Source: Callorhinchus milii
Lineage: Eukaryota
Assembly: GCF_018977255.1 (NCBI RefSeq)
Contig: NW_024704765.1
Span: 4,836,001 to 4,900,000 of the forward strand
Reading direction: 5' to 3'
Length of the DNA: 64,000 nucleotides
Shown: positions 1 to 17,100 of the stretch, one piece after another
Layout of the letters: each line of letters opens with the position of its first letter
How positions within the stretch are numbered: position 1 is the first letter of the stretch
Notes under the pieces: model-generated
Told to the model about the DNA's origin: nothing
Databases searched by the model: none
The model's input: the letters and a program-made list of their open reading frames with translations, nothing else
Program-made: the position numbers and the translations under genes

Positions 1-129
1 CTCAAGGGCAAGCTCTGCGGTTTTAGCTGGTTAGACTCCAGCAGTTACCCCAACGCACCCTCTGGGGTCCCCAAGCCTTGGCTCTTGACAACCTGCACCT
101 AATACTTTCCAGAATTAGGTAAACCAGTA

Positions 130-495
130 AGAGAAAGTTGAGGCACGATACGATTACGATCATTAAGCTTCCGAAGGGACTACATAACATAGACCCCGAC
201 AAGCTGTTTTATCTTGTACTGAACAGTAGAACCAGAGGATGTGGCCTGCGACTGAAGGGGGGGTAAATTCAGAGCAAATCTGCTGAGACGCTATTTCAGT
301 GAGCGAGTAGTTAAACGTATGGGACAGGCACCCTAGGGAGACGTTGGAAGCAAGAAGCAGAAGCAGTTTGTTTCAAGAACAATTTATAGATAGATTTCTT
401 CTAGAAAATAATATCTGGGGAGACGGTATATAGTTTGGGACTCGACATATCGGGATGGTGGAAGGCGAACTAGTTGGAGCTCGATCTTCTTTCAC
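130..495 (+). mobile_element. CR1-type LINE 3' fragment
   Basis: AGAACCAGAGG...AAATTCAGAGCAAAT...TATTTCAGTGAGCGAGTAGTT resembles the CR1 ORF2 C-terminus (RTRGH..K...F...R..F..RVV..W). Confidence 0.6.
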
Positions 496-532
496 CAAAC
501 AAACTTATTTATAAATAATAATATAATAATAA

Positions 533-4633
<4,101 letters not shown>

Positions 4634-5443
4634 CCTCACTCGCTCACTCCTCCGTCCGCTGTTCCCGCCTTCAAGCTTCTCTGTCCTCCAGGTCCTCTTT
4701 GCTCGACTCCCAAATTGTGCCAGCAAGGAACGTCCCGGCTCAGAGATTAACCCTTTGTAGCCTCTCCAAAGGTACATTGAGTGGGCCGGCGGGGAGGGGG
4801 AGGGGGAGATAAAAGCTTCACATAAAATATAAGCTGACAACCCATCGAAGGGAAAACCTTTCCACTGCAGGACAGGAATTGACTTCCTTTTTCTCAAAAA
4901 AATTCATCTCACCATCCCGCTTAAAAGCAAAATTCAAGTCCACGTTTCCCCGAGTTGAGGGGAAGACTCCCAATACATCAGTCGTTTCTGATGCCTGTCG
5001 TTCTATACTGTACTAACCCTCGCTGCTGCCCCAAATCCAGCCACGAGAGGCGAATGGCAGACCCGGGGATGCCTCCCCTCCCATCTCTCCCTCCCCACAC
5101 GCCCTCCCCACTTCAGCTTTGCTGTTTGCCTCTCATGACAGCTTGGGGTGTGAGCGATCTCGAGCTCTGATCTCAAATCTTCCCCCTCCCCCAAAAAGAC
5201 TTAAGCATCTCTTAATGTAACCTGCTGTTGAAAACTTGTGCCTGCAAAGTCTTTCCTGAATATACTTAATTATCTGAATCGCTGAGAAATGTGAAACAAT
5301 TAACACAGCAGCAGGAAGCTGTCTGGCTAAACAGTAGACAGATATACTGTATTATAGCTATTTACCAGAGGCCTGTTTAGCACAAGGCAATGCATGATAA
5401 AACCAAGGGAGGCTTCAGTGACCATCCAAATCTTATTGGCTGT

Positions 5444-5449
5444 AATAAA
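5444..5449 (+). terminator. Candidate polyadenylation signal (AATAAA) of LRRC47
   Basis: AATAAA about 810 nt after the stop at 4633; a second AATAAA lies near 5868. Confidence 0.45.
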
Positions 5450-6304
5450 GCTCACACCCACATGTCAGCTTTATTTTTAGTGTCCGCTATTTATTTTCGC
5501 TGGATTCATAACTGAAACACGCTCTTAAAAAAAAGTGGCAAATTTCTGCCCTTATTCTCGCAGCAAGCTATAAGCAAGTTTATACGTTAAGTTGCCAATT
5601 TCTGAAATACTTTTATCACGTCTGTCAATAACACTCGGGTCTACCATTTGGATCATTGCACAAAGCGTCTTAGACTGAATGGTGATTGCGAGGCTCTTAA
5701 AAGGATGACTCATGGAGCAACGCCAATGGCTGTTGGAATAAGACAGTGATGTACAGGAACGATGGGAAGGGAGTTGGCTGCGGGGGGGAAATGAACTGTC
5801 TAAAGTTCCAATACTGGATATGTTTGTACATCTACATCCATACCTGTGTGGACTGTATTACCAGATGAATAAACTACCATTGAAACCACGAGATGATTCA
5901 TTTCTGCTGAACATTGAAATTTACATGAGTCAAGTTGAGTTCTTTCAACTGTCAAACAGGTACAATATACATCTCTTCTCTCGGGTGGGATTCTTGCCAG
6001 CCTGGAAAGTCACAGGAGCATGACGGAAATCTTTCCTATTAGGAACTCCTTGTCAGCATCAGGCACCCTCATGGGTCCTCAGCTCGGTTCAGTTGGTGCC
6101 AAGCTTCTCCCGAAGAACATCAGAGCTCGTTGTCAGAGTTTTAGCTCGCAGGCCAGGCTGACTCCAGAGCAGTGCCAGGGATTCGCTGTATTGCCAAGAG
6201 GTGTCGGATGAGATATTAAACCGAGGTCCTGTCTACATCCTGTGGAGTCTAAATACCCCCGGGACTATCGGAAAACAGAAGGGAGTTTTTCTTTCCTGGT
6301 CAAT

Positions 6305-6556
6305 AAACTCATCTTAAAATTAGAGATAGGAGTGAAATCAGGAGGCAGTTTTTCACCCAAAGGGTTGTGGAAATCTAGAACTCTTCCGCCCAAAAAGCTT
6401 TGGATGCTGGATCCATTAATTTTCAAGACTGAGGTGAATAGATATTTGTTGGGTCAAGGTATTAAGGGATATGCGGCAAGGGTGAGTAATTGGAGTTGAG
6501 GTACAGAAGAGACTTGATCTTATAGAATGAGCTGAATGGCCTACTCCTGTTCCTAA
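6305..6556 (+). mobile_element. CR1-type LINE 3' end
   Basis: GGAGTGAAATCAGG...GGGTTGTGGAAATCT...TTTCAAGACTGAG...GAATGGCCTACTCCTGTTCCTA; related copies at 40860-41135, 46780-46950 and 22970-23190 (-). Confidence 0.65.
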
Positions 6557-6887
6557 GTGCTTTGAGATATTTCGACACATGGTAAAGCGTTGTATCAAAT
6601 GTTCCGTTTGCCTTTGCAGGCGACGGAGACAGAGAGCAAGGACTGGAATGATTTATTAATGGTTGAGTTACCGAGGCTTAATCTGGTTTTCCCAGTACAG
6701 CCGAGTTGGTAAATCTGCAACCATCGCTGGTTTAACAGCCAATTCAGTAAAACAGTTTAACATTCCCACACGATCTGAGGTCTGTTCAGTGCTACACAAC
6801 AACCTTAGTTATCTAAAGGTGAACGATGATGATGATAATAATAATCCTTGCATTTGATGTAGTGCCTTATCGCGTCTTCTAGACGTC

Positions 6888-7817
6888 TCAAAGTGCTCCA
6901 CAGAACATACTGGAAAAAGGAATTGACTGTGTTGTGGGCGAAACGCGGCAGCCAATTGCATACAGCAGCGTCCCACAAACAGTTGTGATGGTCTCAAAAC
7001 GAGCCACTTTCAGTCCTTTATACACAAGCTTTATGCAAGTGTCTTGTTCGGTCTCTGGTGAGTGGCTGATTCCCAGGAGTGAATCTTTGTACAGAAACTC
7101 GTTGACGGACACCAGCCACACCATTACCCTCTCTCTGCTTGACCCTTGCTCCTCCAGGTGATTGCCCCTTGCCACATCTCCCGACGTACGGTTTTCCGAG
7201 GCCAATTCCCGACTCTTCACCTCTCGTGCGTCCAGCCTCTTGGTGACAGTCCCATTCCTGTTACCTTTCCCTGAATCCGGTTTCCCATCCCTATTGCACT
7301 TACTGGGATCCGGATTCCATCCCGGTTTCTGATCCCCATTAAAAATCCCGGGATTGGCCCGTCTCTCGATGTTACCCACCGCTTTGCACGCAGTCGCCCT
7401 TGGATGAAATCTGCCGTCTGCTTCCAGATCCTTTCCTACCTGAGAAGGATTGTCCTTGTTGGATCTCACCACCTTGAAACCAAAGCCTCTGTTGCCCAGT
7501 GAGTCAGTCCCTGGGTTGGGTAGGGAGAATCGTCTTTGGTGAAGAGAGTTCCCGACCTGTCTCGCACACGGGTTTGGCTGCGATCGGGAGTCTGGAATCG
7601 GAGGGAGAGATTCCTGTGACTTGCGCCTGGCCTCTCCGCTGCTTGAACATGGGAAGGTGAAAGTCTCTTGCGTTCTGGAGTCGGTTTTGCCCGAGAATGA
7701 AGGTAATAGCCACAGCCTCCTGCCACTCCTCCCCTGATCGTTTCTCCCCGGCAGGCGGAGAGGATTAAAAGGCTTCAGACGGAGCACGTCGACTCTCTGA
7801 GGCTCTACCATGATCAT
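6888..7817 (-). CDS. Uncharacterised intronless ORF (309 aa; last ~35 codons run into a SINE)
   Basis: About 830 nt of open, CpG-containing, non-repeat sequence starting MIMVEPQ; mostly low-complexity R/S/P/G/N, ending in a structured-looking motif ERVMVWLVSV...EQDTCIKLVYKG. Family not recognised. Confidence 0.45.
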   Translation of the reverse strand: MIMVEPQRVDVLRLKPFNPLRLPGRNDQGRSGRRLWLLPSFSGKTDSRTQETFTFPCSSSGEARRKSQESLPPIPDSRSQPNPCARQVGNSLHQRRFSLPNPGTDSLGNRGFGFKVVRSNKDNPSQVGKDLEADGRFHPRATACKAVGNIERRANPGIFNGDQKPGWNPDPSKCNRDGKPDSGKGNRNGTVTKRLDAREVKSRELASENRTSGDVARGNHLEEQGSSRERVMVWLVSVNEFLYKDSLLGISHSPETEQDTCIKLVYKGLKVARFETITTVCGTLLYAIGCRVSPTTQSIPFSSMFCGAL

Positions 7818-7913
7818 TGCGCCTCGCAGCTGTGTTGCAGGTCAGTGTCTGAGCTGCTGCTTAATGCAAGGTTGTGTATTGCAGCACTGTTGCACCCAGC
7901 GCTGAGATCACAT

Positions 7914-7926
7914 TGCCACCTGGTGG
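7914..7926 (-). promoter_or_regulatory. Candidate CTCF site
   Basis: Minus strand CCACCAGGTGGCA matches the CTCF core consensus CCASYAGRKGGCR. Confidence 0.5.
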
Positions 7927-9555
7927 AGTTCATCATTAAATAATACTGAAACGCAACCAGCCTGTCTGCAAACTACCACCTCCCCTCCATCGAAGCTAAT
8001 GTGGTGCAGTTTGTCCTGTGCATTTGTTGTTGTTTTCTTGGTTTCCCCGGTGTCTGACTCACGCAGACTGAGTCGCAGGTGTCTCAGTTAAGGGTATCCA
8101 AACCAAGCTTCTGAGTTCTATGTGTGTGATCATTTTCCTTTGTCTGAACTGAAATGGAGCACCTGAACAACAAATCTCTTCTCCTGGGTAACTGCTGGAG
8201 TTTAACCAGCTAAACCCACTCTCTTTGTTACAGCAAGCTTCCTGCTGCTTTACAATGAGAGGTTAAACGCTGAGCAAGGGAGAAGAGGGGCGTTGGTGGA
8301 AAGGGGGGGGGGCGGAGGTCTGGTGGAAGAGAGATGTTATAAGGTGCAATTTAAAGACAGATGGTGGGGGTGGGCTCGGAGGTTAGGGGCATAGAAAATG
8401 CCCTGTGTGTGGAAAAATGACTCAGTTATGCTCAGCTCAATTCTGCTACCCTCACTTATGTAGCGTTTCAAGAGAATCCAGACTTGTTGAATTCAGTCTT
8501 AACTTTTAAAACCAGGTTTTCCGCAGTACTTAAAAGAAACTTTACAGAAAACCGGCTTTGAAACTAAAGGGCTGTGAATTCAAAGAGAAAATATAATAAT
8601 AATAATAATCCTAATAATCCTTGAATTTGATATAGCGCCTTATTAGGTCTTTGAGACGTCTCAAAGCACTTCACAGGATATACTGTGAAGTGAATTGACT
8701 GTATATTTTGTGGGCGAAAAGCGGCAGCCAATTGCGCAGAAACAGTAGTGGATTGAGTGACCAAATTATTATTTAAAAATGTATTACCACTGGAAAAACG
8801 ATCCGCCAATCGACTAAGATAAAGGAAATCGAGACTCGGGTGGAATTTCTCTCCCCAGAAATATTGATTTGATTCACTCCTGACGTGATTCCCATGTGAA
8901 AGTGCCACCACGGGCAGGACAATACAACACACGGTCTGTTTGACAGTGGAAGATGTTTATTTTCATACTTAGCCGTCTCTTTACGCATTACCTTTCTTCA
9001 CTGAATACACTTAAGACCCCTCCTTGTGACATGTCACATTTCAAAGCAGGTTCAAATCAGGAAACAAATCAAAACGGAGAATATAATTCCATTGCTGGGA
9101 GGGGATGGAGGGGGTGGGTGGGGGAACTCAATAATTACTCATGTTCCTTCCTGAAAATCATTTAGTGCAGAAATCAAAACCCTATTAAAGTGGCTCGATT
9201 GTTAATCGTTCAATCATCAAAAAAAAATTTTTACACATACAAAAAAAGCTCAGATAAAATTGCTTCAAAATGGTTCTCGCTGTTTTTTTTTTGCTGAATT
9301 TTAGCTTCGGCTGAATTTTCTTCACTTAAAGTTCTTGTTTGCGGTTCTGTGTCCTCTCTGCTTGTCTCGGTGGTATTGAACCTTGCTCTCCGAGACGCCG
9401 TCCGGCGTGAAGGGCGCTATATAAATGCCAGTTGTTGTTGCTCTGGGAGGGCAGTGTCCCTACAATGGCTTGAAAAGGGAGGAGTGATGTATTGCCTTTG
9501 AACACAAAATGTTCTGTGTAATTCTACTTGGGAGCCGGGGTTATAATAATAAACT

Positions 9556-9915
9556 AATATCTAATAATCCTCACATTTGATATAGCACCTTATTACGTCG
9601 CAAAGCAGTTCACAGAATATGCTGTATTGTAAAATGGATTGACTTATTTGTGGGCAAACTGCAGCAGCCAATTGTGCACAACAACATCCCACAAATAATC
9701 GCGGATTGAGTGACCACATTTTTGGGGGGAGGGAGGGATTATTACCCCCGGAACGCGATCTGCCAATTGACTAACAACCAGGTTTCTACTTACTGCTAGG
9801 TGAACAGTGGCGTGTGGAGTAAGGAAACTTGCCTAAGATTTCGTCCTGTCCGGGAATTCAACCCGGGTCCTCTCGCTTGCGAGGCGAACGCACTAACCAC
9901 TACTCTACGGGACTG
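9556..9915 (-). mobile_element. tRNA-derived SINE, long form
   Basis: tRNA-like head (GTAGTGGTTAG...GGGTTGAATTCC), central TAGCAGTAAGTAG block and (ATT)n tail; family repeated throughout the window. Confidence 0.8.
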
Positions 9916-10186
9916 CACGAGTTTGTAAGACAGGTAAGCAGTGCTTGGGCTTTCTGCGTCTCGGTTTCTTAATGTAACTGGAAGACTCCGACTGACTTCT
10001 GTAAGCTCACTGTAAACACACTCGCTGGGGTAAGCACTGAAGTTTGTTGGATGTCTGGAGGAACTGATCTGGAAATGATAATGCGAAAGATCTTTGGTTT
10101 TGATCAGACTTAAGAGAGTTTGGATTAGTTAGACTGTAGGGTGGGTCGTGCACTGGGGGCATGGGGGGGCAATTGTTTATCGTCTT

Positions 10187-10908
10187 CTACTTGCACCTGT
10201 GTACGTAGTAGCCCGTCACGTAGCCGATCATGAAGATGATCCAGAACGTGATGATTCCACCGAGGACCTTCAGGGCGATGCCCACTTTTCCGGTGCAAAA
10301 CCTATTGTAGATCCTGAGGAAAGACACAGTGGGAATTGTAAAGCTCGTGAGCTGTCAGTGTGGCCAGAATCACAGACATCTACAGGCGCAGAAGGATGCG
10401 CCTCCAAAGGAGGCCATTTGGCCCTTCAAGTCCGCACTCACCATCTCTCGAAGCAAGCCATCCGTTCAATTCAACTGTCCTGCCCCTTCAAACCTATCCT
10501 CCTTATACTTGCCTACTTACCACCTTACTTGGCAGGGCATTCAACATCCCAACTGTTGCAACGCAGAAACTGGGGCCGTTAAGTGCGCCTCTCAAAGTCA
10601 AGTCTTTTGTTAAGTAGTACCCCAAGATCATTGCTGGGTGTAAACTTGTGATATACCTCCCTTGCTTTTTCCACCACAATAAAAACAACTTGCATTTATA
10701 TTGCACCCTTCATGTGGGGCAGCGTCTCAGAGCTCTCAGAATAACCTAATGGTAGTTAGCACTGCCCTATAACTCAATGCCCCGTCACTGTACAAGAGAC
10801 ATACTTTCTGTAGCCTGACGCAGCTATTGGAGAGATGCCGATGGTGACTTGGTCGTGGGAGTTCTCGTTCCATCGGCTGTACTGCACCTCTGTCTCCTGG
10901 CTCTGCAT
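10187..10908 (-). CDS. SMIM1: Small integral membrane protein 1 (Vel blood-group protein orthologue), 76 aa
   Basis: Exons 10908-10805 (MQSQETEVQYSRWNENSHDQVTIGISPIAASGYRK) and 10313-10187 (IYNRFCTGKVGIALKVLGGIITFWIIFMIGYVTGYYVHRCK*). GT-AG intron, in phase. C-terminus closely matches human ...LCTGKLGIAMKVLGGVALFWIIFILGYLTGYYVHKCK; lies between LRRC47 and CCDC27 as in human. Confidence 0.96.
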
Positions 10909-11025
10909 TGTTGGGGCTCGATAACTGACAGGATCTGTCGACACACAAAAATAAACAAGCTCGTAAGGTTTCCGCTGCCTCATGATCAGTCAAGCACTCG
11001 CACTGAACGTATTTTATTTTGGGCC

Positions 11026-11400
11026 AAAGTCAGTCAGCTTGTAGTCCCTCACTCCCTCCCGGATCAGAAAGATGTGGTTTCAAGTCTCGTGTTGGGACTT
11101 TGAGCTCACAGTCAGTGTAAGCTGACAATGCGGTGTTGGGGGTGGGGGGAAAGAACTGTTAGAAATTCCATCCTTTGGATGAGACTGCCTATTCAGGAGG
11201 ACGTTAAAGATCAGTGAAAAGAGAAGGGAGTTTCTCTCTCCTGGCCAACAATCCCCCCATGGCTGTTTGTGGGATCTGTTACCTGCAAATTGCTCTGTGT
11301 TTTTACCTACACAGACGCAGTCACTGCTGTACCATTGAGAATAATTATTGTGAAGAGTTTTGAGACGTGTTGAAGTGTTATTAAAAAGGCGAGTTCTTTC
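11026..11400 (+). mobile_element. Deu-domain-type SINE (older family)
   Basis: Degenerate tRNA head, then GGATGAGAC...GGACGTTAAAGATC...AGAAGGGAGTTTCTC...CCTGGCCAAC, resembling the DeuSINE central domain. Confidence 0.55.
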
Positions 11401-14110
11401 CATCTATGAGACTATGAGACTGTGAGACGTTAAACTAAAGTCCCGTCTGCCTGTTTATATCTTGTATACGGTATATCCTGTAAAGCGCTTTGAGGCATGT
11501 CGATGACGCGATAAGGCACTGAATCAAATGCAAGGATTATGATTATTATTCTAAAGTCCTTGTACAAAATATTTCAAATGAAAATCAACTTACCGCTTGC
11601 AGTACTTCTGTGGACGCTGTAAAATGTGGACTCTAATCAAACTACTCAGAACATCGTCAGTAACCGAATGTCCCAGAGCTCAGCCAGGCTCCGCTTGCTG
11701 ATGGTACTTAACACAACATTCAATGTTCCGTGTCCTCACCAAGCACCTTGCAAATCAGTCGAGATCAAGATGTTCGCCTCCAGGGAGCTGTAGGAGCTCA
11801 GAGATTGCCCGGTTACTGGCAAGTGCGCTTGCTTGTGATGTGAGGACTTGGAAGAGACACGGCAGCTTTCTTCAAGGCTCGACCAAAAACTTATGTGATT
11901 GACAGACGCCAGAATATTACAGGGGGACGGAGTGGAGGAGAGGGAGGAGGAGATGAGCATGAAACCTTAGCCCCCTCCCACTGACTATAATGCGTCAGCC
12001 TGGAACATTGTTAAAACTGCAGAGCTGCAGTTACTGCGTAGATGAAAGCTCTCGAAAGCTTGTTTTGTTGCCACAAGATTGCAAAATCCCAGGAAAGATC
12101 AACAACCCAACGGGTCAAACTCTGCCAACCCCCTGACTAATCATTAACGGCCCCCACGGCTGAGCACACACACACACACACACAGTCACCATTCCTCTCC
12201 TTAATCTTTCCAAGCGAAGTTAAATGGGAAAGGGCAGTGACCTGGCCTTGGTAGGTACTTTCTGCTACTCACACCAGCTCAGGAATGTACATCACAGAGG
12301 CTTACAGAGCTGTGGAGAATGAGAACACGGGTGTATAGCAATGGACAGCATTACTGCGCTCCACTTGCTTGGTGCTAAGTGTGGGAATAAAAATTTCCCT
12401 CCAAAGATTTCTTCGTCAATGCCCTCTCAAATGTGCTGATGTGAGGATCATAATAATCCCTGCAGTGCATGGCTGTTGGTGGGACATGGCTGTGTGCAAC
12501 GTTTCGCCCACAAGATACGGTCAATCCACTTGACAGTATATCCTGTGAAGCGCTTTGAGACGTTTCAACGATGTGAGAAGGCGCTGTATCAAATACAAGG
12601 ATTATTATTAATATTATTATACTGTAAAATGGATTGACTGTGTATTTTGTGTGGGTGAAACTCCCTGTAAAACAGCAGTTAAATTTGAGCCGTTTGCTCC
12701 AACATCCCCTCTTCCCGAGCTCGAGCCTGTGCTTTAAAGTTGAGCTGCGACTTTGTTCAACAATTACCTGAACTCGAGACCTCGCAAACAAACTGCGGCA
12801 GTGTGATTGCCGGTGTCTGCCCACTGAAAGGTCATAATAACCGTTGCATTTGATACAGCGCCTCATCACGTGTTCGAGACGTCTCAAATCGCTTCACAGA
12901 ATATATTGCAAAGTGAATTGACCGTATATTTCGTGGGTGAAACGTGGCAGCCAATTGCACGCAGCAGTGTCCCACAAACAGTCCTGGATTAAGTGACCAA
13001 ATTATTATTTATTTGAAGGGATTATTACCCCTGGAGAAGTGATCAGCCAATCAACTAATGAGCGGGTTCCTACTTACTGCTTGGTAAATAGAGGTGTGTG
13101 GAGTAAGGAAACCTGCCTAAGGTTTCCCCCGCCTAACATTAACTGGGCACCAGCGAGCTGGAGGGTTAGACTTCCCGGTGACTTTAAATCGAGTTAAAAA
13201 CAAAGTTACAATTTGCACATTTTTTTTCAATGAGATTCGGAAAACATTCCAAACCCGAGAGAGAGAGAGAGAGAAAGAAAGAAAAAGAAACAAACAAACA
13301 AACAAACAAAGCTGACATATATCTGTTTAAGCCTTTTGTTACATTATTTTTTAAACGAGAACTTTCTTTTTCCTCCAAAAGAATCCCCTAATCAAAATTG
13401 GTCACTCGCTCCATGGCTGTTTTCGGGACACTGCAACACGTGCAACTGGCTGTCGCATTTCGTCCACAAAATACACAGTGTTATCCTGCAAAGCGCTTTG
13501 GGACGTCTCAATGACGTGATGTGGCGCTATGTCAAATGCAAGTATTGTTATTATTGCAGGCGGTATGGTCAACTAAAACTACAATTTTAAAATTCAGTGC
13601 TAAATGATTGTAGGGAAGAAAAAGATGCCAGGAAAATACAGTCACTAAACTGCACAGCAATTCCCCGTGAACAGCTCTGGATCCTTTCAAGGCTACAGGC
13701 GCTGTATCAACTGCGGAGGTTGTTATGAATATTATTAGAGTAAAGCTGCCTGATATTAAGCGCTGCCTCTGAATAGAGGGACTCAAACCAACATCACGTC
13801 ACCTTGAGGTTTGCATTTTGTGTTATTCTGTGGTCAAAACACTAATATCCTAGGTGGAGGGACGCTACTCCGTGTGAAGGGCCTGATTTCAATGCAAGTT
13901 ATTGCTGCTGTTGTTTTCCTCGTGCTGCATGATTATTATTTTTTTGTTCAGGCGATAAGAGAAACTGAAACACAACCTTGAATTTCACTGAATTTTTTTT
14001 TACTCTTGGCTTCCAGTAAAAACCAGAAGGTGGGACCTCCGTGGACTCACAGCAGAATATCAGACGTCGCTAGTTTGCTCAATGGGGTACAGTTCCTATT
14101 TCAGTAAGAG

Positions 14111-17100
14111 CTAGTCCCGGGACTGCAGACTGACTCGACTCTGCCCTGGTTCTGTTATAAAGAGGGGCGACACTGGGATTCCGTTGTCCATCAGTAACTG
14201 ATGAAAATCTATGCGGTCTGTGATTATTTTCTGGAAAAAAAACACAGGCAATTAGTTTTGACTTCAGTTAGGGTCCTAATCTCCGCCAGGCTGTTGGTCA
14301 ATCAGGGAGCTGTTTTCAGGACAAACTCTCTTTGAAAAGAGACCGGAGCTTCTCTTGGGGTCCCAGCTAACAATCCTCCAAAGAGTAAACTGGTCACTCG
14401 CTCAATTTTAGCTTCGCCCCCACCCCACCCAATATCCCACTATTTGTCTTCAAATCCATCAGTTCGTGGATTTGCAGGGCAATGGGGACAGGTAACATTT
14501 GCTCGACTGCAATTGGATGTGAAGCTATATGTGGAGAGGCTAAATTAGCTGTGGTCTGCTCGGGGTTAGGGCAGGGGACATCAGCCAGGATTCCTGAACC
14601 TGGTTCCTCTTCAGTTAAGATATCATTGAGACATTTCAACGACATTATAAGGCGCGATACTAAATGCAAACGTGTGTGTGTATGTGTGTGGCAGTCAGGT
14701 CAGGCTTAGCTGGGAGAGGAATGCAGATCAAGAGCAGAGGCAGACAGCAATGGGGGCGAAACAAATATGAAATTGGTCACCCTCGAATTATTTTTGTTAA
14801 GATAAAAAGAGAAGGGCACAGACCTGCATGCCATCGAGAATGTCCTTGTCGGTGATGAGGTTTTGGATGCGGGTGGTCCCCAGTGAGGTGTGCACAGCCT
14901 GCATTATTTTGGTTCGGATTTTATCAAACTAGATTGAACGGAGCAGAGGAACATTTAAACCAGAGCGAAAAGCAACAACAACACAAAACAAAAAATACTT
15001 TTCCACGTATAGAAAAAAATTAAAACCATTATTTTATTAAATTTTATTTGAACAAATATATATTTTTTAAATTATTTTTAGTAAAATTTCTTCTTGAGAA
15101 CTGTGGCAAATAGTGAATTGAAATTCCAAGTTGACGTTATCAGCCCCCAAAAGCCCTGATGTGGGTTTCATAAACCTGACTTCTGGCCCAGAGATGAATG
15201 TGCTACCAACAACAACTTGCCCTCCACGCTGAGCGCTTAACAGTGGCGGAGCCTGACTCTGAGCCGGGTGAGGTGGCCGTAAGCATGGTCGAAGAGGAAG
15301 GTCTTCAGGCGGGACTTGAAAGAGGCGACAGAGTGGGCAAGGCAGAGGGAATGAGGAAAAGTGTTCTAGAGTTTCAGTACGTAGGGCTGAAAGCGCGACC
15401 ACCGATGGTGGGGCGGAGGGTGGGAGGGACGAGCGGGTGGTGGATTGGGAAGTGAGGATGTCGGAGGGATAGGAAGGTGCCAGAGAGTTGAACACACGTG
15501 TGAGGATCTCGAAGTTGAAATGAGTCAGACTGAAACCGAGATACAAGCAAAGCACTTTGAGACCTTTCAACGCTACAGGAGTCCTGTGGAGTCCTGCAGC
15601 TCAGTGGTTAGAGCACTCACTTTGCAAGCGAGAGACCTGGGTTCGATTCCTGGCAGGGTGAAACCTTGGGCAAGTTTCCTTACTCCACATGCCTGATAAT
15701 AATCCCTCAAGAAAAAAAAACAATAATAAATTGGTCGCTTCAATCCACGGCTGTTTGTGGGACACTGCCGTGCGCAATTGGCTGCCGCATTTTGCCCGCA
15801 ATTATACAGTCAATTCACTTTACAGTCTATTCTGTGAAGCGCTTTGAGACATCGAGAAGACGTGAAAAGCGCTATATCAAATACAAGGATTATTATTACA
15901 GTATACAAATGTGAGCTCCTCTTGGAACATAAGAATTGCTAGATGAGAAAAGACTGTCCAGTTCGCCTTCCAGCATCCTGGCAGTCGCATGCACATGTCA
16001 TGTCCCAAACCATATACTATACCCCAAGATATCATTACTTCTTAAAATAAATCTAATTTGCTCTTCACTTCTCCAGAGACATACAGTACCCTGATCTGCA
16101 GGTGTTCGATTAAGACTTGTGTCTGTTGCTCAGTGTGTCGCAGGAGGGCTAATTTCCCCAGCAGGTCATTGTGTTCCATCTGGAATTGCTTGAACTTCAA
16201 GTCTTCATCTGTGATGCGGAGCTGCAAGTCATTAATCTCATTCTTCATCTCTGTTGAGAGCTCTGTCTTCTTAGCCAGTCCCTGCTGCAGCTCAGAAACC
16301 AGCTGAAAAAAAGCCACACATGGCTTACCGTGATACTAAACAACCGTGCGTGCTTTAAGAACATAAGAATTGCTGGAGAAAAGAAGACCAAGACTGGAAG
16401 ACCATCCAGTTTGCCTTCCACCATCCTGGCAGTTGTTTGCACATATCATGTCCCAAATTATATACTGTATCCCAAGATATTATTTCCTGACAGAAATATA
16501 TCTCATTTGCTTTTGAAAGAATCAACACGGGGGGGTGGGGGGGGGGAATAAAGCAGCAGCCAATAGGGATATCAACAACTACTCGGACAAAACTTGGAGA
16601 TAAAATGTCATATTAAATAATAGACAAATCCATCCATGTACATCCAGCCTTACCTCCTCTAGTCTGAAGTTTTCCTTTTGCAGATCTGCCATAATCTGAA
16701 TATGTTTCTTTTCCTCCTTGAGATTGGAAAACTAGTTGGATGAAGAGCATGGGACATAGTTACTCTGAGGATTAATCTTCAACACCTAGCCACCAATTCA
16801 CACAAACTCTACAGCAAAGTCACAGTCACAGAGTTCTCTGCTGTAATGCCTTTATAAGTAATAATAATAATCCTTGGAGTTGATACAGCGCCTTATGTCG
16901 TTGAGACGTCTCAAAGTGCTTCACAGAATATACTGTAAAGTGGATTGACTGTATTATGTGGGCAAAATGCAGTAGCCACTTATGCACAGCAGTGTTTCAC
17001 ACACAGTTGTGGATTGAGAGACCAAATTATTTTTATTTATTTTTGAAGGGATTATTACCCCTGGAAAAGCGATTCGCCAATCGACTAACAACTGGGTTGC

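Noticed and set aside
10148-10582. 144-aa plus-strand ORF
   Set aside because: Antisense shadow of the SMIM1 coding exon.
15586-15660. tRNA-like sequence with A and B boxes (also at 20564, 21567, 60093 and others)
   Set aside because: Each is the head of a SINE, continuing into the SINE body and ATT tail; not tRNA genes.
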